64,000 bases of DNA from Candidatus Puniceispirillum sp. (GCA_049620845.1 JBMZPN010000001.1:16664-80663); one strand, 5' to 3'; shown: positions 1-9,867, counted from the stretch's first letter. Program-made: numbers and translations. Notes: generated from the letters alone by a model not told the origin.

Positions 1-148
1 CTTCGGATATGTCGAGTATGATGGCGATATGCGTTTTCAGGGGCGCAAACGCATAGAACAAAGCGCCATAAGCAACGATCTGGCTGATGCCAAGCATATG
101 GACAGGCACTTTGAGGGGCTGGTGGGTGGTGCTTTGAGAATGGGACAC
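1..148 (-). CDS. MFS transporter, N-terminal part (runs off the window edge)
   Basis: Manual translation from GTG at 148 gives MSHSQSTTHQPLKVPVHMLGISQIVAYGALFYAFAPLK...; the LG.SQI..YG..FYAF first helix is typical of MFS_1 proteins. Not in the ORF track. Confidence 0.7.
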   Translation of the reverse strand, partial: MSHSQSTTHQPLKVPVHMLGISQIVAYGALFYAFAPLKTHIAIILDISE

Positions 149-167
149 AGTTTATATGCCTGAACAA

Positions 168-182
168 GTTTAACGGTTAAAC
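168..182. promoter_or_regulatory. Perfect 7-1-7 palindrome GTTTAAC-G-GTTAAAC, candidate operator in a divergent promoter region
   Basis: Dyad symmetry seen directly, 20 bp upstream of the MFS start. Confidence 0.4.
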
Positions 183-402
183 ATACACAGCTTTGTCGCC
201 AATATTCGAAAAAAATAGCCTCAATATGGAAACAGCTATCGCTAAATTGTCGCGCTGAGGCATTTACATGCGAATTTTAGCGCAGACGCTAGCGCGCTTG
301 ATATATATTGTGGGCATTATTTGTAGGATATAAAATCCACGGTAAAAGCATAGCCGGATGGGTTTTCAACATTTATAAAGTTTAAGAAAAGGATAGCCGC
401 TA

Positions 403-1086
403 ATGGACTATATCTTCACGCCAGCACCACAGGTGAGCCTGCCTATAGATGGACTTGATGCCCAGTTTCCGGTTCGTCGTATCTATTGCATTGGTCGCAA
501 TTATGCCGATCATGCGATTGAAATGGGGCATGACCCAAACCGCGAAGCGCCGTTTTTCTTTCAGAAAAATGCACAGAATATCGATATTAGCGGGACGTTT
601 CCCTATCCGCCGCAAACAAGTGACGTGCATCATGAAATCGAACTTGTAGTGGCCTTGCAAAGCGGTGGTGCGGACATCAGTGAAGATGAGGCGATGCAAC
701 ATGTATATGGATATGCGGTGGCACTTGATATGACCCGCCGTGACCTGCAAGGCGAAGCCAAAAAGACGGGACGTCCGTGGGAGATTGGCAAGGCGTTTGA
801 ACGGTCGGCGCCAATGAGCGCGCTCGTGCCTGCCAGTGAAACCGGACATCTGGATGCGGGTCGCATTTCGCTAAAGATCAACGATGAGATACGCCAGGAT
901 GGTGACCTGAACCAGATGATCTGGAAAGTGCCGGAGATGATTTCCTATCTTTCACGCTTCTATGACATTGCCGCGGGTGATCTGATTATGTCGGGCACGC
1001 CTGCGGGTGTCGGGCCGGTTGCCAAAGGCGATATTCTGACAGGCGAAATTGAAGGGCTGGGTACATTAGTGACACATGTTGTCTGA
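403..1086 (+). CDS. Fumarylacetoacetate hydrolase family protein (fumarylpyruvate hydrolase-like)
   Basis: Motifs RRIYCIGRNYADHA, HHEIEL, DMTRRDLQ, GDLIMSGTPAGVG; AAGGA RBS. Confidence 0.92.
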   Translation: MDYIFTPAPQVSLPIDGLDAQFPVRRIYCIGRNYADHAIEMGHDPNREAPFFFQKNAQNIDISGTFPYPPQTSDVHHEIELVVALQSGGADISEDEAMQHVYGYAVALDMTRRDLQGEAKKTGRPWEIGKAFERSAPMSALVPASETGHLDAGRISLKINDEIRQDGDLNQMIWKVPEMISYLSRFYDIAAGDLIMSGTPAGVGPVAKGDILTGEIEGLGTLVTHVV

Positions 1087-1131
1087 TATGCCACTCGTGA
1101 TCATCAATGACTGGAAATAGCGAAAACAACC

Positions 1132-1902
1132 ATGACTGACTTTCTGATGATGTCTTTGCTACCGTCACTTGATCCGTACATCATTGGTGCGATCATCGCC
1201 ATTTTCATATTGTCGGGGATTGTAAAAGGGTTTCTGGGGCTTGGATTGCCAGCGGCGGCCATGGCACTTTTGACCCTGATATTTGAACCGACTGATGCCA
1301 TCGCGCTCCTTACATTGCCGATTATTGTGACAAATCTGTATCAATTCACACGATCCGCAGACCGTCTTGAAACAGCACGGCGTTACAAAGTTTTTGCCAT
1401 AGCCATCATCGTCAGCATCTTTGTGACCGCGTGGCATATCACCGTTTTCCCGACCAATGTTCTGACGATCGTGATTGGACTGGCGATGATTACGTTTGCG
1501 GCGCAATCGCTGTTCGGATTGTCATTCAGCATTAGCGCCGGAGCTGGCTGGCAGGTGGCTGGCGGTGTTGTGGCGGGGATTCTTGGTGGCCTGAGCTCGA
1601 TATGGTCGCCACCAGTGGCGATGTATCTAATCGCACGCAGGATACCGAAAGAACCGTTTATCGCGGCGACAGGCTTTCTGTTTCTTGTCGGAAGTTTTCC
1701 GCTAGCGGTAGGGCTGTTTCTATCAGGGGTGTTGACCGAGGTTGCGATGGTCAAATCGCTTTTGGGGCTTGGGGCGGCGCTGATCGGCTTCCGGATTGGC
1801 GAAATTCTGCGTGGGTATATTTCGCAAGAGGCGTTTCGTAAAGCCGTACTGATCGCTTTCCTGCTTATGGGGCTGCGTCTGGTTATCAACGGCCTGATCT
1901 AG
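1132..1902 (+). CDS. TauE/SafE family sulfite exporter
   Basis: About 8 TM helices; SGIVKGFLGLG and GILGGLSSIWSPP repeats typical of TSUP. Confidence 0.85.
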   Translation: MTDFLMMSLLPSLDPYIIGAIIAIFILSGIVKGFLGLGLPAAAMALLTLIFEPTDAIALLTLPIIVTNLYQFTRSADRLETARRYKVFAIAIIVSIFVTAWHITVFPTNVLTIVIGLAMITFAAQSLFGLSFSISAGAGWQVAGGVVAGILGGLSSIWSPPVAMYLIARRIPKEPFIAATGFLFLVGSFPLAVGLFLSGVLTEVAMVKSLLGLGAALIGFRIGEILRGYISQEAFRKAVLIAFLLMGLRLVINGLI

Positions 1903-2015
1903 GTCAGTCTCTGGCTTGTTTTTACGATGTGCCCGTCATAGCGTTTATGATAATATTCAGATAGCTAATAAGCAGCCGGCCAGCCCAACATTTTGGAAAC
2001 CCCTATATTGAGAAA

Positions 2016-3278
2016 GTGCAGATGATGCCAACAATTACAAGTGATATATTGAAAGATATTCGTGATAAATTTGCCCAGGTCGATCACTGTCCGGTGCAGG
2101 GTGACCGTGTGTTTTTTGAGAATGCGGGTGGTGCGCTTACGTTAAATTCGGTTGTCGAAATATCACAACAATATGCCGCCATTCCGGATAATCAGGGACG
2201 TGACAATCCGGGTTCGCATGAACTGGTACGCGTCATTAACAAAGCCAAAGATGATATGCGGGCGATGATGAACGCTTCTACCGGACAGTTTTTTGTTGGT
2301 GAAAGCGGCACCGAGCTTTTATTCCGGCTGATCATGAATGCCTGTCTTGGGGTTGCGCCGGATGGTGTCGTTCTGGGATCAACTGTTGAGCATCCGGCCA
2401 CGCGAAGTGCCTGTGGACGCTGGGCCAAAATAAGCAATAAGGAACATGTCCTGATCCCGCATGATGATGCAAGGGGGCTGGTGACTGCCGAGGATTATAC
2501 GCGTTACGTCACTGCTGACACGCGCGTGGCAACCATTCTGCATACATCGCCTGTGACAGGCATGGGCATGGATGTGGGTGCCATTTCGGCGGCGATCCGC
2601 GCAATATCGCCTGACTGTTTTATCATTGTTGACGGTATCCAGCATGCGGCGCATGGCATGATCGATATCGATGCGTATGATGTCGATGGCTATGTGATCT
2701 CGCCCTATAAGATGTTTTCACGGCATGGCTATGGTCTTGCCTGGATTTCTGACAGGCTGACCGCTTTGCCGCATGATGCGCTGGTGGGTGGCCCTGCGGA
2801 TAACTGGGAAATGGGCACACGCGATACGGGTGCCTATGCGGCGCTTTCGGAGGTCGCCGACTATCTGGAATGGCTTGGCGGTGAGGTCGCTGGCGATACA
2901 GACCGGCGTGGAAAATTTGTGGCGGCAGGAAAAGCCATTCACGCGCATGAGAAAGCGCTTACTGATGCGATGATTTATGGCACCGGCAATCTGCCCGGAT
3001 TGGCCGATATGGATAAGGTGCATATTATTGGCGGTGTCGATAATGCCGCGCGCGAAGGGCTGGTGTCTGTCTATGTTGACGGCATACCCTCGGCAGACGT
3101 TGTTTCCAGCCTGAATGCACAAGGTATTCGCACGCATCTGCGCAAAGCGGATCATTATTCAGGCAATATTCTGGATCCGCTTGGGCTGGATGGATGTGTG
3201 CGTGTATCGATGTGTCACTATAATAGCGTGCAAGAAGTCGCACAATTTCTGACAGCGATGAAAGATATTTCGGCATAG
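2016..3278 (+). CDS. Class V PLP-dependent aminotransferase / cysteine-desulfurase-like protein lacking the catalytic Cys
   Basis: FENAGG, EHPA, DGIQHAAH, SPYK (PLP Lys), RVSMCHYN; ADHYS where SufS has GHHCA. Start may be ATG 2022 or 2025. Confidence 0.85.
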   Translation: MQMMPTITSDILKDIRDKFAQVDHCPVQGDRVFFENAGGALTLNSVVEISQQYAAIPDNQGRDNPGSHELVRVINKAKDDMRAMMNASTGQFFVGESGTELLFRLIMNACLGVAPDGVVLGSTVEHPATRSACGRWAKISNKEHVLIPHDDARGLVTAEDYTRYVTADTRVATILHTSPVTGMGMDVGAISAAIRAISPDCFIIVDGIQHAAHGMIDIDAYDVDGYVISPYKMFSRHGYGLAWISDRLTALPHDALVGGPADNWEMGTRDTGAYAALSEVADYLEWLGGEVAGDTDRRGKFVAAGKAIHAHEKALTDAMIYGTGNLPGLADMDKVHIIGGVDNAAREGLVSVYVDGIPSADVVSSLNAQGIRTHLRKADHYSGNILDPLGLDGCVRVSMCHYNSVQEVAQFLTAMKDISA

Positions 3279-3281
3279 GTA

Positions 3282-3330
3282 CAAACCAGCCCCAGGCATA
3301 TGTATTGTCATATGCCCAGAGACTGGTTTG
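3282..3330. terminator. Long hairpin between convergent genes, probable bidirectional terminator
   Basis: CAAACCAG...GGCATATG / CATATGCC...CTGGTTTG inverted repeat. Confidence 0.6.
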
Positions 3331-3358
3331 ATGATTATGTAAAATCTGTGCGAGTCAA

Positions 3359-4348
3359 TTATCCGCCGAGGAACAGTCTGCCCACATCCGGATTTTCAAG
3401 CAGTTTATTGCCTTCATCAGCGATCGCCGTTTCACCAGAAACAAGGACATAGCCAATATCAGCAAAGGCCAAGCCTTTCTTGGCGTTTTGTTCGACCATG
3501 ATGATGGTCTTGCCGTCCTTACGCTGCAAATCTTCGAGAATCTCAAAGACCATATCGATAAAGCGTGGCTCAAGGCCGATTGATGGTTCATCAACCAGTA
3601 AGACCTGCGGCTGCATGACCAATGCTCGGGATATTTCAAGAAGCCGGCGTTCACCACCAGACAGAACACCCGCAGGTTTGTTGCGGCGTTCGGCAAGACG
3701 GCTATATTTATCAAATACCATCTCGGCGGCGGCTTTGGCCTCGGCAGGCTTGTCTTTCAAAAATCCACCCATGAGCAGATTTTCCTCGACGGTCATTTGC
3801 GGAAATACTGATTTATCCTGCAAAATATAGGCAATGCCTGCATCGGATAGTTTCTGTGAAGGGGTTAGAGTTGTGACATCCTTGCCCCCGACCATGATTG
3901 AACCGGAAAAAATATTGGTGAAACCAAAGATCGAGTGCAGAACGGTTGATTTACCCGCGCCGTTTGGCCCAATCAGACAAAGCGACTGCCCCTGCGCGAT
4001 GCGCAGATTAAAGTCATGCAGAATTTCCATCTTGCCATAGCCAGCACGCAGATTATTGATACTGAGGAACGAGTTGTTATTCGCCAGCTTTTCAAGTTCA
4101 CCAATCTTTGGTGCTGATGCCGAGATAGAGGCCGCCTCCTTGGCAACCTGATCCACAGACATGACCACATCAACGCCACCCAAGCCGTAGCCGCTAATGT
4201 TTTTCTTGGATTTTGCACTGGCTTTCTTGGCGCTCTTTTTCACAGCGGCTTTTTTAGCGGTGCTTTTCTTTGCGGCGGTCTTTTTGACAGTAGCCTTTTT
4301 TGATCCCGCTTTCTTGGCGGCGGTTTTTTTAGTAGTACGCTGGGCCAT
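3359..4348 (-). CDS. livF: Branched-chain amino acid-type ABC ATPase (LivF family) with Lys/Ala-rich N-terminal extension
   Basis: Walker A GPNGAGKS, LSGGERR, LLVDEPS, VEQNA; N-terminal KKxxx repeats. Confidence 0.9.
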   Translation of the reverse strand: MAQRTTKKTAAKKAGSKKATVKKTAAKKSTAKKAAVKKSAKKASAKSKKNISGYGLGGVDVVMSVDQVAKEAASISASAPKIGELEKLANNNSFLSINNLRAGYGKMEILHDFNLRIAQGQSLCLIGPNGAGKSTVLHSIFGFTNIFSGSIMVGGKDVTTLTPSQKLSDAGIAYILQDKSVFPQMTVEENLLMGGFLKDKPAEAKAAAEMVFDKYSRLAERRNKPAGVLSGGERRLLEISRALVMQPQVLLVDEPSIGLEPRFIDMVFEILEDLQRKDGKTIIMVEQNAKKGLAFADIGYVLVSGETAIADEGNKLLENPDVGRLFLGG

Positions 4349-5094
4349 TAGTGACCTCCCAAATATGCATCAATCACGCGTTGATCGTTTTGCAAGTCTG
4401 CCGGCTTGCCTTCGGCCAGCATCTGGCCGTTAGACAGGCAATAGATATGTGAAGCCAGATTCATGATGACCCGCATATTATGCTCAATCACGCATAAGGT
4501 AATCCCAAGTTCTTCATTGGCACGCCGCAATCTGTCAATCAAACCATTGATCAAGGTTGGATTGATACCAGCTGTTGGCTCGTCAAGCAGAAGTGCCTTT
4601 GGTTCATTCATCAAGGCCATTGCCAGTTCCAGCAGCTTTTGCTGGCCAAATGACAAATCACCTGAAATCAGGTTGCGCTTTGAATAGAGACCAACAAATT
4701 CCAGCAGATGTTCGGCACGCTCGCGGATTTCACCTTTGCGGCTGGCAAAAATCGAATTTTTAGCATCAGAACGATGTGAGATGGATATCTGCATATTGTC
4801 GACGCAATCCATCTTGCTATAAATCCGGGTTTGCTGGAAGGTACGCAACATACCAAGTCGGGCAATGTCGCTGACACGCATTTTGGAGATTTCATCACCA
4901 TCAAACTTAATTGAGCCACTATCGATGGGGTGATAGCCGACGATCGAATTGAATAAGGTCGTCTTGCCACATCCGTTAGGGCCAATGATGCCGGTGATTG
5001 AACCGCGCTCGACTTTCATCGAAATGTCCACATTGGCTTTTACACCGCCATAGGATTTGGACACATTATTTACCTCAATAATCGGATCGCTCAT
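4348..5094 (-). CDS. livG: Branched-chain amino acid-type ABC ATPase (LivG family)
   Basis: GPNGCGKT, RTFQ, LSFGQQK, LLDEPTAG, IEHNM, DAYLG. Confidence 0.92.
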   Translation of the reverse strand: MSDPIIEVNNVSKSYGGVKANVDISMKVERGSITGIIGPNGCGKTTLFNSIVGYHPIDSGSIKFDGDEISKMRVSDIARLGMLRTFQQTRIYSKMDCVDNMQISISHRSDAKNSIFASRKGEIRERAEHLLEFVGLYSKRNLISGDLSFGQQKLLELAMALMNEPKALLLDEPTAGINPTLINGLIDRLRRANEELGITLCVIEHNMRVIMNLASHIYCLSNGQMLAEGKPADLQNDQRVIDAYLGGH

Positions 5095-6155
5095 CGGGCC
5101 TCTCCTTCACTCTGGGCGTCGGCTTGCGTGCTTGACGGGTCAACCACGATGCCAAATCGTTCTGGGAACTTGCTTTGTAACCAGCCCATAATGCCTTGCT
5201 GGAAATAGACGATATTGGCAATGAGTATCAAGCCAAGGGCGATCCACTGGAAACCTAGCAACAATGTCCAGGCGGCATCCTTGATGATATGGAAAACAAT
5301 GGCGCCAAGAACAGGGCCCCAGAGCGTGCCTTTACCGCCAAGCAAAGCCGCGGCGACCATAAAGATACCGAATGTCGGAATTGGATAGGCGACTTCTTTA
5401 TCAATGAAGCCAACCATATTGCCAACGACGGCACCAATACAGCCCATAAAGAAGGCCGCAATACCCCAGCCAATCCGCTTATAGACGAGAGTCGGGATAC
5501 CCATAGCTTCGGCTTTGTCTTCATCGTCACGGATCGCGTTAATCGCCAGACCGAACTGGGTTGAATACAGCCATCTGAGCAAGAAATGTGCGATAACAGC
5601 CAAGGCAAAGCAGATCATGTAGAAGAAGGTCGATCTGAATTCAATGTCACCCGGGAATAGCGGCATGGAAATGCCCGAAGGCCCGCCGACATAATCAATG
5701 GTGATGGTGATTTCAGCCGCCGCAATGGCCAGACCAAGCGAGCCAATGGCAAAATAGGGTCCGCGCAAGCCAAACATGAAGGAGCTCAATATCACTGACA
5801 ATATAAGCGTTACTATACCCGCGCTAATGATGCCAAGGCCAAGCCCCCAAAAATATTCAGCTTCGGTAAATTCGGGCTTAATCGACCCCATGGCCGAGGT
5901 ATATTCCGCGACCCCGCCTTCATAGAAGAAAGAGACTTGCACGATTGCGGAGACGTACATGCCAATACCAAAAAAGGCAATGTTTCCGAGTGAATTATAA
6001 CCGGTCTGACCACCCAACGTATCCCACGTTGTTGACATCAGCACCATAACCCAAAGAAACGCTATCGAGAGTGTGTAGGCAGGCGCGACTATGGGCCCAA
6101 GAATACCCAGGGCCGCAAGAGCCAGATAGGTTAACGCAGTTCCATTCAAATTCAT
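5091..6155 (-). CDS. livM: Branched-chain amino acid-type ABC permease (LivM family)
   Basis: GQTGYNSLG, LRGPYFAI, AIRDDEDKAEAMGI, GGKGTLWGPVLG. Confidence 0.9.
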   Translation of the reverse strand: MNLNGTALTYLALAALGILGPIVAPAYTLSIAFLWVMVLMSTTWDTLGGQTGYNSLGNIAFFGIGMYVSAIVQVSFFYEGGVAEYTSAMGSIKPEFTEAEYFWGLGLGIISAGIVTLILSVILSSFMFGLRGPYFAIGSLGLAIAAAEITITIDYVGGPSGISMPLFPGDIEFRSTFFYMICFALAVIAHFLLRWLYSTQFGLAINAIRDDEDKAEAMGIPTLVYKRIGWGIAAFFMGCIGAVVGNMVGFIDKEVAYPIPTFGIFMVAAALLGGKGTLWGPVLGAIVFHIIKDAAWTLLLGFQWIALGLILIANIVYFQQGIMGWLQSKFPERFGIVVDPSSTQADAQSEGEAR

Positions 6156-7066
6156 CTTACTACCTGCCTCTTTTTACGCATTGTTACCTGTCGCCACATA
6201 AGAACTGCCAACAGCACCGCAACGGGAGCTGCATATTCAAATGCAGACTCAAAAAACCCGCAATATTTTGTGAACAGCCCGATGCCAAACGCCGAAACTA
6301 TAACGGCAGGCAGGTTACCAAGCCCTGCTGCTGTCACGATGGCAAATGAACCCATGGAATATGTTATTCCGTAAAAAGGCTGGATAACAAAAATGATTGA
6401 TACCAGTACACCCGCCGCGCCACAAAGCGCCGAATTAAATGCGAATGTAAAGGCGTAGACCCGATCAACATTGATGCCAAGAACACGGGCGGCTCTTGGG
6501 TCTTGAGCCGTTGCACGAATTGCCTGACCTGTCCGTGATCGCTTCATGAAAATAACAACGGCCAATGCAATCGTAGCCGCCAAGCCCAAAGCCAGTAACT
6601 TTGACGATGGCACAGTGACCATGCCATCAAAGAAATCAAAAACCTTTAATTGCATATCTATTGTTTGAACTTCGGGACCAAAAATACGATTGATAACCTG
6701 CTGCATAAGTAGGGACAGTCCGAAAGTTGCAAGCAAGGACACAAACATATCCTGATCGAGGATACGTCGTATCATCAGCACATAAACAATCCAGCCATAA
6801 GCAAACATGGTTACAATAACTATGGGCAAAATAATGAACAATGGAACGCCGGCCATGTTTAATCCAAAAGCCAGATAACCACCCATGATAACGAAGTCAC
6901 CCTGGGCAAGGTTTTTGATGTTCATGACGCCCCACACCAGAGCAAGGCCATAGGCGCTAAGAGCAAAAATTGCACCCATGAAAACACCCTCTAAAATTAG
7001 CTGGATATTCACAACTGGTGCCCAGACGAATAGTAGCTTAAAAGTATCAAGCATTATGCCCACCAC
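6152..7066 (-). CDS. livH: Branched-chain amino acid-type ABC permease (LivH family)
   Basis: GLALVWGVMNIKNLAQGDF, GQAIRATAQDPRAARVLGIN; start may be ATG 7054. Confidence 0.9.
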   Translation of the reverse strand: MVGIMLDTFKLLFVWAPVVNIQLILEGVFMGAIFALSAYGLALVWGVMNIKNLAQGDFVIMGGYLAFGLNMAGVPLFIILPIVIVTMFAYGWIVYVLMIRRILDQDMFVSLLATFGLSLLMQQVINRIFGPEVQTIDMQLKVFDFFDGMVTVPSSKLLALGLAATIALAVVIFMKRSRTGQAIRATAQDPRAARVLGINVDRVYAFTFAFNSALCGAAGVLVSIIFVIQPFYGITYSMGSFAIVTAAGLGNLPAVIVSAFGIGLFTKYCGFFESAFEYAAPVAVLLAVLMWRQVTMRKKRQVVR

Positions 7067-7089
7067 TTAATCAGATTTAGAAAAACATT

Positions 7090-7129
7090 AAAGAAAAAGT
7101 GGAGGCAAATTATTGAACTGCCTCCACTT
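7090..7129 (-). terminator. Stem-loop with U-tract after the substrate-binding protein gene
   Basis: AAGTGGAGGCA / TGCCTCCACTT followed by a T-run on the minus strand. Confidence 0.65.
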
Positions 7130-7140
7130 GAATTAGGTTT

Positions 7141-8358
7141 TTAGTATTTAACGTTCCTTGGGTAAATCATGTCATCGTATTTTTCGATAAGCTTATAGGA
7201 ACCATCAGCCTGAATTTGACGCATAAACATTGGCTTTGCAATATTATTGCCAGCATCAGAGAATTTGATATCACCATAGAAAGTTTCCATTTCAACGGCG
7301 GCGATCGCGTCTCTTACAGTGTCCTTGTCAAAGCTGTCAGCGGCTTCGAAAGCTTCTTTCCAAACGATAACGGCTGCTGATGCCTGGGCAGCCTGATATG
7401 GAACAGTTGTTGGATAGAACTCACCATACTTTTTCTTAAAGCCAGCATTCCAATCGGAAGCCGAGCCAAAGTATTTGTCAGACTTTGAAATGTTCTCAAC
7501 CCACTGTGTCGGACACATAAAGCCTGTTGCAGTCTTCGGGAACTTTTCCTGAACCTTGGCTGCTTCACAATGTGTCATTGCAATGATTGGAACGTTGATT
7601 TTCATCTCGTCAATCTGTCTTGCTGCTGTTGCAGCTCCCTTTGAATGTCCTGAAACAATCAACAGGTCAGGCTTAAGCGCCTTAACTTTTGTCAGGGTCG
7701 TTGACATGTCAGAAAGGTCAGCTGGCAGCTGATCATCAGCAACAACTTTCATTCCATATTCTGCGAGCTTTTCCAGTACGCCGATGCGGATATCTGCGGT
7801 GAAAGGGTCGCCCTCAAAAGCAACAGCTACACGAAGCTTTGACGGATCATCTACACTGGCGGCAGACATCTCAATGGCTTTTGGCAAATACAAATCTGTC
7901 GTTGACAATACTGCAAAGAGATATTTGTAGCCCTGGGTGAAAAGAGAACGTGATGCACCTTCTGCCTCAATCATCGGTACGCCAAATTTTTCCGAGACAG
8001 GGGCAATCGCCTTGGTCATGCCAGAGCTGTATGGCCCAAGCATATAATCAACGCCGTCCTGCTGGATCAGACGCTCGGCAAGCTGAGCACCACGAGCAGG
8101 TGTGGATTCGTCATCGTAATATTTCACGGCAAGCTTGTAGCTTTTGCCACCGACTTTTACACCACCAGCGGCATTGATCACATCAACAGCATAGTCATAG
8201 CCGCGCTGGGTATGCAGACCGTTAGTTGCATATTTACCAGTCAGTGAAATTGACGAGCCAAGGATAATGGTATCGCCTTCAACCTTCGCCGCGGCCGTAC
8301 CTGCGGCACCGACCGTAAGCATGGCGCCCACTGCAATTGTTAATAGTTCTTTTTTCAT
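7141..8358 (-). CDS. ABC transporter substrate-binding protein, Leu/Ile/Val-binding family (substrate unknown)
   Basis: Signal peptide, SLTGKYA, INAAGGV, YYDDES, LGPYSSG; GGGAGG RBS. Confidence 0.92.
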   Translation of the reverse strand: MKKELLTIAVGAMLTVGAAGTAAAKVEGDTIILGSSISLTGKYATNGLHTQRGYDYAVDVINAAGGVKVGGKSYKLAVKYYDDESTPARGAQLAERLIQQDGVDYMLGPYSSGMTKAIAPVSEKFGVPMIEAEGASRSLFTQGYKYLFAVLSTTDLYLPKAIEMSAASVDDPSKLRVAVAFEGDPFTADIRIGVLEKLAEYGMKVVADDQLPADLSDMSTTLTKVKALKPDLLIVSGHSKGAATAARQIDEMKINVPIIAMTHCEAAKVQEKFPKTATGFMCPTQWVENISKSDKYFGSASDWNAGFKKKYGEFYPTTVPYQAAQASAAVIVWKEAFEAADSFDKDTVRDAIAAVEMETFYGDIKFSDAGNNIAKPMFMRQIQADGSYKLIEKYDDMIYPRNVKY

Positions 8359-8568
8359 TTCAATCCTCCCAGATTTTTATGAAGTATTTTTGTCATCAGA
8401 AATGTGAACGAATTATTAATACTGTCTATGAATGCATAGCCTCTGTCCATAGGTATTTATGCTTAAACTGGCGCGGTTGATGGATTTTTGGCTTTGATCG
8501 TGAAATATTTTTCTAATCATCACAGGTAAATATAAACATGAGAGTTAAACCTGCTGATTATGTACATA

Positions 8569-9354
8569 CTATTCAGGCACCACGCCGATGATCTGCTGAT
8601 CATAATCAATGGTTGCACCGGTGATGATTCCCGATGACGGGCTGAGCAGATAGGCAATGAGCGGGGCGAGCTGTGTCGGTTTGGCCAATTGCCCCATCGG
8701 CATGGTGGCTTCGGCCTTTTCGACCCAGTCATCACCCGCGCCATGAAAGCGTTTCTGGATTTCAGCTTCGGCGGGGGTGTCCATCCAGCCTGGTGCCACA
8801 GCATTAACGCGGATTCGGTTTGAACGAAGCGCGTTGGCTGTATTCTTTGTCAATGTCAGCAAGCCCCCTTTTGAAGTTGAATAGGCGGTTAGAAAGCTTT
8901 GTCCGACATGTGCCGATGTTGATAATATATTGACCATACTGCCCACATCCTGTTTGGCCAGAAGATGCCGCGCCAATCCCTGCATCAGTAAAAAGGGGCC
9001 TCTTAAATTGGTGTTCATATGGTGATCCCATAAATCCAGATCGGTTTCGACAAGGCTGCCCCGTGTTGTGGTGGCGGCGGCATTGACCAGACTGTTTAAC
9101 CCGTCAAAATGTGCGATTGATGTTTCAATGAGGTTTCTTGCCTGATCGGCATCGGAAATATCAGCCTGAATATAATGGCATGTGGCGCCAAGGCTGGTGA
9201 TCTCGGCTTCGGCACGCGCGCCTGTTTCGGCTGTACGCCCTGCCAGAATAATTTCACGGCATCCATTTTCAACCAGTGTGCGGGCAATCGCCAGACCTAG
9301 CCCTTGTGTACCGCCTGAAATCAGAACGGAATTCGGCGCATTATCAATTTTCAT
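8569..9354 (-). CDS. SDR family oxidoreductase
   Basis: SGGTQGLG, VNAAA, YSTSK catalytic motif, RVNAVAPGW; ATG 9354 follows GAGG. Confidence 0.9.
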   Translation of the reverse strand: MKIDNAPNSVLISGGTQGLGLAIARTLVENGCREIILAGRTAETGARAEAEITSLGATCHYIQADISDADQARNLIETSIAHFDGLNSLVNAAATTTRGSLVETDLDLWDHHMNTNLRGPFLLMQGLARHLLAKQDVGSMVNILSTSAHVGQSFLTAYSTSKGGLLTLTKNTANALRSNRIRVNAVAPGWMDTPAEAEIQKRFHGAGDDWVEKAEATMPMGQLAKPTQLAPLIAYLLSPSSGIITGATIDYDQQIIGVVPE

Positions 9355-9516
9355 AATTTCCTCATTTTGACAGATATCATGTGCCGTAACACTGACCAAA
9401 AGGCCTGCATTACCTTAAGTGTATTTTATGCGTTTTGGTGCGTCATGGCTATCAATTACATGGCTATCTATCAGTGATCGGTATAGTCTGTCCCTTATTT
9501 TGAAATGAGGCACGGC

Positions 9517-9867
9517 ATGCATGATGTGACAATTTACCATAATCCCAGATGTAGCAAATCGCGCCAGACGCTTGCCCTGATTCGCGACAAGGGCGTCGAG
9601 CCTGAAATCGTCTTATATCTTGAGGACGTACCCGATTTTGCCAAAATTAAGGAGCTGTTATCAAAGCTGGGGCTTGGCGCGCGGGATATATTACGGACAG
9701 GCGAAGCGGATTATAAAACGCATATCGCGCCAGCTCCTGCAATGGATGATGATGCCGTTATCACCCTCATGACCCAATATCCGAAATTGATTGAACGGCC
9801 AATTGTGACCTGCGGAGACAAGGCTATCATAGGCCGCCCGCCCGAAGCCGTGCTGGCATTGTTTTAG
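9517..9867 (+). CDS. arsC: ArsC family reductase (glutaredoxin-type)
   Basis: IYHNPRCSKSR, LIERPIV, GRPPE. Confidence 0.85.
   Translation: MHDVTIYHNPRCSKSRQTLALIRDKGVEPEIVLYLEDVPDFAKIKELLSKLGLGARDILRTGEADYKTHIAPAPAMDDDAVITLMTQYPKLIERPIVTCGDKAIIGRPPEAVLALF

Noticed and set aside
2-163. Open plus-strand frame FGYVEYDGDMRF... ending in TGA
   Set aside because: The minus-strand frame gives a recognisable MFS first helix, so the plus frame is its antisense shadow.
2016-3278. Calling this gene sufS/nifS cysteine desulfurase
   Set aside because: The catalytic Cys motif is absent (ADHYS).
4200-4345. Repetitive DNA as a possible CRISPR or tandem repeat
   Set aside because: It consists of degenerate codon-level repeats encoding the Lys/Ala tail, with no identical repeats separated by spacers.
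9517-9867. Arsenic resistance operon
   Set aside because: arsC-family gene only; no arsR, arsB or acr3 nearby.
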